The notes beneath the pieces were generated by a model. The model saw nothing but the letters and a program-made list of their open reading frames with translations, ran no database searches and was not told the origin of the DNA. A DNA stretch of 64,000 nt from Cyanidioschyzon merolae (Eukaryota), in the NCBI GenBank assembly GCA_000091205.1, contig AP006502.2, one strand, 5' to 3'. This document shows positions 56,057 through 64,000 of this stretch, in pieces (within the stretch, counting starts at the first letter, position 1; every line of letters starts with the position of its first letter). Made by a program: the position numbers and the translations under genes.

Positions 56057-58135
56057 ATGGACAGCCACCAAAATATGTTCGTCCATAAATTCGTGCTTGC
56101 GCGCACATTTTTAACAGTAGGAGATAATACGGTGTGCACCGTCAAAGGACTCCGCTCTACCTCTCTCAAGTCCCGTTTTGTGCCGATAGTCTCCCACGAT
56201 TTTCGTGTTCGGAAAATGTTCGCAGCCTCGGCGCTGCCTCTATGGAGTTCCAGGTCTTGCAATGTTGCTGTTGCATCCGCGAGGGCGAACGTGGTGCGGC
56301 AACACAGTCATATCGAAGGCGCAGGCCGACCTCGGCGGCATCGCTTTAAGATGTGCTTTGCAGCAACCAGAGAGCACGATGACGACAGAAATTTTCGAGT
56401 GGGTGAGGATTTTTTGGCTAAAGCTCGCGCTTCTGCTGAGGATTTACGTGCACGTCTCTGCACAGTCGCGGACGGAAAGTTGCGAGTTATCTCTCTGATC
56501 ACTTATACGGACACGCAGTTAAGGCCTCTGGCACCTGAGAAAAGAACAAGCTCTACTCGAGTTAACGGCTGTACTTCGGTAACGTTTGTCGAGCCACACT
56601 TTGGAACGACTTGCGGGGGCGAAACCTGCGTCAGGTACCTCGAGGGTTATTCTGACTCGCGCCTCGCAAGCGGAGCAATTGTTTTGTTGTCCTTGGCACT
56701 CTGTGGAAAAACGCTTCCAGAGATTGAGCGCTTTCGGGCGGATACGCTTCTCGAGTCTTTTTGTTTGCGCGAGATCGTGATGTCGCCCCGAATGGGAGGC
56801 GTAAAAGCCATTCTGCGGCACGTTCAAGAACGAATGCAAGTCGTATGCAGCGGGCGCCATCTCGCGCCGCAAGAACCTGCAACGCTCACCCAGAAGTCTT
56901 ACAGCGCAAACCTTGATGTTGTAGGACCTGTTCTAGGGGACGAATCGCCTGCAGAGGTTGCGGTCCTGCTCTCTGGTGGGGTCGACTCCGCTGTCGCGAT
57001 GGCTTCTTTGTTGGAGCGAGGATTCCGAGTGCAGCCCTTTTATCTCAAGATATGGCTGGAGGACGAACTAGCCAATTTGGGCCGTTGCCCCTGGGAGGAC
57101 GATATCCGGGACGCCGAGAAGGTCTGCGCAGCACTGGCCCGAAAGTACAACCAAAGGGTGCAACTCGAGACACTATCTCTCCAAGAGGAATACTGGAGTC
57201 GTGTCGTCCAGTATACAATAGACGAGGCGCGCCGAGGGCGAACGCCGAACCCTGACATCATGTGCAACAGCCGAATCAAATTTGGGGCCTTCCTGGATTC
57301 TTTGGGTCAGAGATACGCTCTAGTAGCTAGTGGGCACTATGCCCGGGTAGTAACTATGCGGCATACTGAGAGGGGAGGCGAGACGCATGCTGTGGCGCAG
57401 CTCTTCTGCTCCCCTGACATCGTCAAAGATCAGACGTACTTTCTCTCGCAGCTGTCCCAGCAGCAATTGTTGAAAGCTACATTTCCCATAGGTGACTTGA
57501 CAAAGAGCGCGGTCCGTCGACTCGCTCGGGAACGCTATAATCTGCCTAATTGTGACCGACCAGACTCTCAGGGTATTTGTTTTCTAGGAAAATTGAAATT
57601 CGAACAATTTCTCGAGCATTACCTTGGCACCTGGGCGGGGCCCATCATGGAGGCAGAGTCGGGTCGATTTTTGGGCACGCATCGAGGATTTTGGTTCTAC
57701 ACCATAGGACAGCGGAAAGGGCTGGCACTGCCTGGCGGCCCTTGGTACGTCGTCGGAAAAGATCTAGAGAACAACATCGTGTTGGTCAGTCGAGAACGTT
57801 CACAATGCAACGTGACTTGTCGCTCGTTTATTGTGGAAAATGTGAACTGGATCGGATGGGAACATAGCAACACTAACGAAGAACCCATGCGATGTCGCGT
57901 GAAGATCCGTCACGGTCCAAGAAGCGTGTCAGCAGAGGTCCACTGCCTAGAACCGAAAAATCAGTCTTGGATCATTGCTCTCGATGAACCGGAGTCTGGT
58001 ATTGCCCCGGGGCAGTTTGCAGTGTTTTATAGAGAAAACCAGTGCCTTGGGGGCGGCGTCATCGCTTCGGTACCCGCGCTACAAGTGTCCCGAACAATCC
58101 AGAGACGCAGCATGACCGAGGAGTGCACCATCTAG
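56057..58135 (+). CDS. MNMA: SufE-domain / tRNA-specific 2-thiouridylase MnmA fusion protein (organellar targeting likely)
   Basis: Residues ~130-270 carry the SufE signature: VNGCTSVTFVEP (V.GC.S.vWl), GYSDSRLASGAIVLLSLALCGKTLPEI (dSDA.IVkGL...g.tp.EI) and MSPRMGGVKAILRHVQ. The remainder is MnmA: PP-loop VAVLLSGGVDSAVAM, then NPDIMCN...ASGHYAR...DQTYFL...SQGICFLG and the C-terminal barrel. The N-terminus is S/A/R-rich and transit-peptide-like. Confidence 0.8.
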   Translation: MDSHQNMFVHKFVLARTFLTVGDNTVCTVKGLRSTSLKSRFVPIVSHDFRVRKMFAASALPLWSSRSCNVAVASARANVVRQHSHIEGAGRPRRHRFKMCFAATREHDDDRNFRVGEDFLAKARASAEDLRARLCTVADGKLRVISLITYTDTQLRPLAPEKRTSSTRVNGCTSVTFVEPHFGTTCGGETCVRYLEGYSDSRLASGAIVLLSLALCGKTLPEIERFRADTLLESFCLREIVMSPRMGGVKAILRHVQERMQVVCSGRHLAPQEPATLTQKSYSANLDVVGPVLGDESPAEVAVLLSGGVDSAVAMASLLERGFRVQPFYLKIWLEDELANLGRCPWEDDIRDAEKVCAALARKYNQRVQLETLSLQEEYWSRVVQYTIDEARRGRTPNPDIMCNSRIKFGAFLDSLGQRYALVASGHYARVVTMRHTERGGETHAVAQLFCSPDIVKDQTYFLSQLSQQQLLKATFPIGDLTKSAVRRLARERYNLPNCDRPDSQGICFLGKLKFEQFLEHYLGTWAGPIMEAESGRFLGTHRGFWFYTIGQRKGLALPGGPWYVVGKDLENNIVLVSRERSQCNVTCRSFIVENVNWIGWEHSNTNEEPMRCRVKIRHGPRSVSAEVHCLEPKNQSWIIALDEPESGIAPGQFAVFYRENQCLGGGVIASVPALQVSRTIQRRSMTEECTI

Positions 58136-60196
58136 GGATACTATGTGACCGCCTAGGGAGCCACAGCTGCGCGCGGGACGTTCTGCCGCAGCCTGGCGGT
58201 AAGCATATTACCCAGAGCCGTGGATTCTGGAGCACTTATAGCGACCCGCCTCTTCGCTTGTTTTGCTTGCTGGCATCCAGCAAGAAGAATGTCTCCTGCA
58301 GGCTAGAGAAAGGTTGTCGAAACACGTCATACAGGCACTGCTTGCTTACGAGAATCTGTGTAATTTTACGCGTCCGTCCTCGTACCGTCAGTGGTTAGGT
58401 GAAGCAGCCTTCACGTAGTCCTTACTCTGAATATCGCGCACCCCAATCAGAAGTTATAAACCTCTATCCAAACGACTGTCGTATTGTAAGTCTAATTCAA
58501 TCCAGACAACCTATAGTAAAATCTGTCAAAGAAGCTGAATGATTTGAAGTTGCCTTATCGTTCATACGAAGGGTGATTAAGAGCCACGGATGGACGAAGA
58601 AACAGAGCACGTTTCTGTGGGAGGCAGTCGCACTTTGAGCCCCACAAAACCGAGTTTGTCTCTTGTGATGAGACTCCTTTCGGACGAAATGTTTTACGTA
58701 TAAATGGGAACCCGAGGTGGGGCAATCCGCTGTCCGTCAAAAAGAGACGAGCCAGCACACCGACATCGTGAGCCCTAGCGGGATTCAGTCTTATCGAAGA
58801 CTACAAATAGCCATGCGGCCGGGAACATTCCGAACATTACCCGTCGTCGAAGCGTTCCTCGTGGCTTCGCCTTCCCACACTCTTCTGTCCGGCTCTCGGA
58901 AATTCATCACTTTCCATAACTCAAAAGCTCTCAATGAATTCGAGGCTTACAATGGTACTCCGCTGTTTTTCCCGCCAGCATATGCTTCTTGGCCAAATAC
59001 TGTCGAAGATGTTTTTCCATTTGTCAAAAAATTCAGATTCACGATGATCGATCAACAGATGAGTTTTTCGTATCTGTGGCGTCGGCCATCGACAAGTTGT
59101 TCCCTACTACCGTCAACTGCTCCGCTCTGCTAGTTTGCTTCTCTGTTCGTGCGTAAGAACAAGTATAAAAGCGGACTTCGATTAGTGGTCATGCTCTCGA
59201 TGGAGAAGGTGGAGAAAGGACTCTTAGGATGTAGTAGATATATGCACAGAAAATGCGAGCTCAAGTCACGCTACCGGCCCAGTCTTTATCGACCCCGATA
59301 TGAAAACGGTCCTGGAATATAGCACGGCGGCCCGTACAGCGGTTTCATTTGCTCAGTCGAAAGGAAATGCAGAAGCATGAACAGCTTGGGCAAGCGTTAC
59401 CAGTTGTTCAATGCCTCTCCTCGTTGGAAACGATACTCTGCTCGCTTGAGAGACGCATGGTGTCGAATTGTTCCCTCGCGAGCTTTCCTAGGCGTGGATT
59501 CTGTTGGTCTTAGTAGCACTGATTCCCGGCTTCTCGCAATCGCGAGGACTATCCCAACGGTAGTGACGCTGTTACCGCTACGTGCGAAGCACGGTACGTT
59601 TCATGGGTGCAATTTGTTAGAGAACCTGTCAGTGCCTACTTAACCTATCAATTCCACTGATGATTGCACATGAATCGATTCTCGATTCTCTAGACATCGC
59701 CGACGTCGCGAGTAGCAAGCCCTGACAAACCCCTGACTGCCTCCTATCCGCGATCGTGCAAGCGCCAAGTGTGTGTTTTTGCAGTTGAAAAGCATCGAAT
59801 CGATGGTCTGGCCACAAAAAGCAACTTTCTCTCGTATCATTCCCATTAAATATTTTGAACCTCACGGACTATAGCGACCGCCCTTTGCAAAGCAGGACAC
59901 CTTTTCGAGGCAAGATTTACGATACATTGATCAGCATCCGGATTCGAACATGTCGCACACGATGTCTCGGTGCTGAAGAAAGTGCATGTGGGCTTTCAAA
60001 AATTTGGATCCAGCGGTGACACATCCAAACGCACAGATGCACGGAAAGCGGGTTCAGAGCTAACGTTTCTTTCGATACACAGTGAAACTCGTGCAGCTCC
60101 AGCATATCAAGCATCCAAGACAAAGAGTTGCTTCGAATGGTGCAGATGACCTCAGACACATCCGGAGCGATTCGTGCATCAAGGTTCTATTCAGAA

Positions 60197-61966
60197 TCAG
60201 ACGGCAGCGTATTCTGAACGTATGGATGTTCTCCTTAAGCGGAAGACAATTGGCGCAGAGAGGACCAGAATGAATCCGATCGTACCAATGATCAGTACGC
60301 GAGCGAATTGACGAGAAAATGCACCCCCAGAGGCGCTCTGCTCTCGCACCGCTTTGTGTCCAGACTGAAACGCATTGTCCTCTTTGGCGACGTTTCCGAG
60401 CGCTCTCCGGAGGATATCTGGTGCACGTTCTGTCCGAATGCACGCTTCGGAGACGTTGTTCGGAACCGTATTGAGCACCCAGGAGAAAAACGATGACGCC
60501 GTACATGAAAAGTTTCCATCGCAAAACGGCCCAAACAATGGTCTAGGTTTCTGATCATAGTGTCCTGCATAAACGCTGACTCGAAAGTCATTCTCTTCGG
60601 GTCCCGTCCTGCGCAGTTCAAAGATCACGTGCGAGGCATAGGGTGCGATGCCGTCTTCGATTGCAGTCACTCCAAGCGCAGCGCGAATATCGAAAATCGT
60701 CGTGTCATGGCCAGAATAATAGACCAGCTTACGATAGCAGTTACCGATCTCGTCACCATCGTGACCTTTTCGATTGCACTCGTCTTTTGCCCTCGCAAGC
60801 ACCTGCACGTTCCCATTGTCCGCTTCAATAGCAGTGGCGAGACGTGTTGAGATGGATCGCAGCAGGCGCCCGCCAACAAGCGGTCCGAGTCCAGAGGCAT
60901 CCCATTTGGCTCCATTCAGCCGCGCAGTCAACACCTCTAGGTCTGCATCAAATCGTGAAACCGTTGCAGGGGCGGGAATAGAATGTGACTTCTGGCATAT
61001 TCGGATATCACGCAGTGTCGCCGCGAGCGCAAGCTTCTTCTTCTTCTTCATGCTCTGAAAGGCCTCGACGCTTACGTTCGCCAGTGATGGTAGCGCTGCA
61101 TACAGATCCGAGCGCCTTTGTAGCTCCCCGTAAACGAAGTCCGATTTCAGCATCTTCTTGGATACGATGTCCCAGAGTTGGCAGCGGCCCTTCCCGCTGC
61201 CGTCTAACAGCCTGTCGTCCCCGTATAAACGTGTATGGATTGGAACATACTGGAAGCCTCCAGGAATATGGTACTGCTTTTTGCTGTAGCGATGGCGCCT
61301 TTGGTGTGAAGGATTCGATGCTGCAGGATAGAGGCCGTGCATGACGGCTGCTGCGGACACCAGGGTGCGGTCTACGTCAGTAGCCCGTACATGCGTCTCC
61401 TCATGGTTGTAGCGAGCGCGCAAGAGTCGATCATTCGGATGGCCTTGCACGTAGCGTTCGTGTAGGAATCTTCCGAACCGATAACACTGGTACATGCCTA
61501 AGGCGGTGAGCTCTCCATAGTCGACATCCCACTTGGTCTTGTCGAACGGAAACGGCTTGTAAGGTCGCCGCCGCGTCCCCGTTGCATAGGCTGGTGCGTA
61601 GTTCTGCGGAGCTCGATCACAATGCCGCGCAACAATAACGACCGCCTTTACTTTTCCTTCACTGTGGAGTGACTCGTACGGTGACGCGTTTCTCGGAACG
61701 ACGTACGACGAAACATCGCCTAAAGGGACCCCTCCAAGCCAAGCCTCTTTTGACTCTACGGTAAGCCGGTGCTCGAGGCCCTGCTGAAACGCTCTAACAA
61801 CGTCCGCGGAGCCGAGGATGTGTATTGCAACCAGCAAAACTAGTACTGCAAAGAAAACAATCGAAAATAGCTCCCGTCCCCACATCAGAACCGAGTCGCG
61901 CAAAGAGTCTGTCCGGCAGCCGACCAGCGATCCAGTCGATAAACCACCTGGAAAGACAGCTACCAA
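60197..61966 (-). CDS. Histidine acid phosphatase family protein, membrane-anchored
   Basis: VIVARHCDRAPQ (RH[GC]xRxP catalytic His motif) and YSGHDTTI (HD motif). Hydrophobic segments at both termini. Confidence 0.7.
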   Translation of the reverse strand: MVAVFPGGLSTGSLVGCRTDSLRDSVLMWGRELFSIVFFAVLVLLVAIHILGSADVVRAFQQGLEHRLTVESKEAWLGGVPLGDVSSYVVPRNASPYESLHSEGKVKAVVIVARHCDRAPQNYAPAYATGTRRRPYKPFPFDKTKWDVDYGELTALGMYQCYRFGRFLHERYVQGHPNDRLLRARYNHEETHVRATDVDRTLVSAAAVMHGLYPAASNPSHQRRHRYSKKQYHIPGGFQYVPIHTRLYGDDRLLDGSGKGRCQLWDIVSKKMLKSDFVYGELQRRSDLYAALPSLANVSVEAFQSMKKKKKLALAATLRDIRICQKSHSIPAPATVSRFDADLEVLTARLNGAKWDASGLGPLVGGRLLRSISTRLATAIEADNGNVQVLARAKDECNRKGHDGDEIGNCYRKLVYYSGHDTTIFDIRAALGVTAIEDGIAPYASHVIFELRRTGPEENDFRVSVYAGHYDQKPRPLFGPFCDGNFSCTASSFFSWVLNTVPNNVSEACIRTERAPDILRRALGNVAKEDNAFQSGHKAVREQSASGGAFSRQFARVLIIGTIGFILVLSAPIVFRLRRTSIRSEYAAV

Positions 61967-63089
61967 AGCACACGGCTACCTGGGTAGTCACCTGTCCAGT
62001 CGATCGACCAACTAGACAGATAGCTGCCGAAGCTGGCGGCTATCCAGACAAACAGCAACAACGTCAGTCGGCTAACGATGCAGACGGCTTTCGAGGCGGA
62101 CGGAAATCCGAGCGAAACAGAAGTGCAGCACTGAACTATGGGCACTGTTCGAGCCTTTCGAATTTTCCCCCTACTCTTGTTGACATGGTGAGTCGCGCGG
62201 TTCGAAGTATACCAATAGCGGTTTATGGATTTGTCTCAATTTTTAAGATTCTCGGTCATCTTTTCGGAATGGCTGCTTCTACGCCTTGATGGTGGATTTC
62301 GTACCGGCTCCGGAGTCAACGTGGTTCTCATCGCTATCGAACGAAGGATTCGAAAAATAACCGACACCGTCGTCCTATTCATACGAACAAGCGTCCAATC
62401 TTCTCTTTTCTTTACGTGTGGCATGCTCACATAGCACATTCTTAAAAATTTCGATCTTCCGTTCCAAGCCGACTTGTGGACGCAGCAATGCGTGCCGCTG
62501 CATTGATAAGTGAGAAATTTGAAGTCGCCGCTTGAGGACTCGCTCATAAGCTCATGCGGAAAGTTCACTGGACCTGGGGCGTCACATAATAGATCCACTC
62601 GAAACCCAGATCCTCTACTCTCCGTAGCCTACGACGAAACGGGATTCCACACCAGCATGACGCATCTGATAGAGCATGCTCCCAGAGGCTTCAGTCCTTC
62701 TGTCTGCATGGAAAATGGTCTTGAACTCGGATTTGAGTCACTGCAGGGATCGCTCTTAGTGGATATTGGGTTACACCTTGCCAGAAAGGAGCGAAAATGG
62801 ATCAGAATCTCTCGACTTTCTCTCCAAATTGAATTTTTTGTTCGATACTTTTTACATCATGAACAGCAGCGCGTGCCACAACCTATCTAACGAATGGAAC
62901 AGCGTACGCTTGCATTTGCAGAGGACAGAGTACTCGCGAAAGGGATAGCGCTGAAGAAGTCTGTGATCGTTGGGCACGGCACCAGGCTCCGAAACGGAGG
63001 AGGGCATCGAGGGGAGCCCCTGCACCCTCCAAGGACATGTACTGAGCGATGAAGCAGGCGCTCATGCACCACAAGGCAGTGCTCGGAGC

Positions 63090-63103
63090 GGGGGGGGGGG
63101 GGG
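63090..63103. repeat. Poly-G homopolymer tract (14 nt)
   Basis: Direct reading: g at 63090 through 63103. Confidence 0.9.
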
Positions 63104-63170
63104 TGCAGTAGACTCCTGGGGATCCGCGGCCACAGTCGAGTGTCATCCCCGCGAGGAACGCCCCGAGGCA

Positions 63171-63971
63171 TTATAAAACGCAGACGGGAATGGCAGACGA
63201 AGCAGAAATTGCTGCTTTTGTCTGAGCGCGGAATGCATCGAAAGTGGCCTGATGCAGCAAAACCATGGCTTTAGCGCTAATGTCGATATCTCTGGACTGC
63301 TGTCTTCGGAGCCCGGGAGACAGCAAAAACCGGCGTATTGAAAACGGGAGATAATATAGAGGAAAAGGAAGCAGTCGGAGAAAAATCCCGCAAATAAAAG
63401 TGTTGATGACATAGAGAGAAGATCCAATATTTTGATTGCAAGTTCGAGTTGGGAGACCTGCTTTATGGTATCCACACATGGATGGAACTGGATGTGTCCA
63501 CGGCCGCGAACGACGGCCGCGATACAACGCAGCTCTCGAATAACGCCTCTGATGACTATCTGTGAACCTGCTTGCGAGTAGGCACTGGAGAGGTAGCGCG
63601 TGCTCTAGTTTGAAAACACTTACCACTAAACTTGCAGCATATCTGTGTGTCTGGCTGCAGGCAGGTACTCGAAACGCTGGGCGAGTTTTAGATCGAGCAC
63701 GCACCCTCCTGGGTCCGTCACCTGTTCTTGACACACTTACGTGAAGCCAGAGAATACCCAAGATCGAGAACTGTAGAACGACAGAACGCTTTATTTTTAG
63801 GGACATGGAGCAGTTTTCTTGCGGCGGGAGACTAACTTCGGCGCAAGTGAAGCAGATCGCACCGGAGGCCGTTAACTTTCCCGATCGCGAGAGGCTTGTG
63901 CTCTCGTTTTGGAACGATTCGAGAGCGTTTGAGCGCTCAAACGAGTTAGCTGTCGGGAAACCGCTCTTCAC
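63171..63971 (-). CDS. Hypothetical protein
   Basis: 266-aa ORF with no recognisable motif. Confidence 0.2.
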   Translation of the reverse strand: MKSGFPTANSFERSNALESFQNESTSLSRSGKLTASGAICFTCAEVSLPPQENCSMSLKIKRSVVLQFSILGILWLHVSVSRTGDGPRRVRARSKTRPAFRVPACSQTHRYAASLVVSVFKLEHALPLQCLLASRFTDSHQRRYSRAALYRGRRSRPWTHPVPSMCGYHKAGLPTRTCNQNIGSSLYVINTFICGIFLRLLPFPLYYLPFSIRRFLLSPGLRRQQSRDIDISAKAMVLLHQATFDAFRAQTKAAISASSAIPVCVL

Positions 63972-64000
63972 GTTTTACGACGGCCCGCCATTTGCCACGG

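Noticed and set aside
59920-59960. tRNA gene (ggattcgaa T-loop-like string)
   Set aside because: The flanking bases do not form a T-stem, and no acceptor or anticodon-arm pairing can be drawn. It is a chance match.
1-64000. Prokaryotic or operon interpretation of the window
   Set aside because: A canonical GTAAGT...YAG intron splits a universally conserved ValRS block. The gene set is eukaryote-specific (LSm3, NAC-alpha, eIF2B, MEK, Cgi121, RHD3/Sey1). There are no Shine-Dalgarno-spaced co-directional clusters.

Overview
This is an intron-poor, gene-dense eukaryotic nuclear segment of about 52% GC. I call it eukaryotic on three grounds. First, the valyl-tRNA synthetase gene is split by a canonical 168-nt GTAAGT...TAG intron. 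Second, the window holds typical eukaryotic proteins: LSm3, NAC-alpha, an eIF2B subunit, a MEK-like kinase, an RHD3/Sey1 GTPase and the KEOPS subunit Cgi121. Third, it also holds plant/algal-lineage-type genes: topoisomerase VI subunit B, a SHAQKYF-class MYB, an SPX-RING protein, a CofG-like radical-SAM enzyme and a processive GT2 glycosyltransferase. About 22 protein genes are supportable, spaced roughly one per 2.5 kb. Neighbouring genes often have head-to-head or tail-to-tail overlapping ends. The exact taxon cannot be fixed from sequence alone. Several repeat structures overlay the gene map. (1) A ~1.33-kb near-perfect inverted repeat (12790-14118 and 17338-18666) flanks a divergent IscA/CofG gene pair. 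(2) A second ~1.3-kb inverted repeat (19838-21152 and 37853-39179) lies 16.7 kb apart and encloses about nine genes. (3) A 0.75-kb foldback palindrome sits at 34556-35307. (4) An 855-bp direct repeat flanks a 666-aa unknown gene. The most interesting signal is a family of degenerate, 5'-truncated TnpB/Fanzor-like nuclease 3' ends. They carry the RuvC-III 'RDxNAAxNI' signature and remnants of the upstream E-F-R-T-S / Cys motif. They occur at at least five sites (1-238, 11967-12760, 18696-19147, 34556-35307, 48840-49305). A more divergent 'RDVDGNVTATI' sub-family sits at the inner edges of the first inverted repeat and at 29555-29700. These remnants lie exactly at the boundaries of the inverted and direct repeats. 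Also notable is a SufE-MnmA fusion gene. The saccharopine dehydrogenase gene has a single G-run frameshift.
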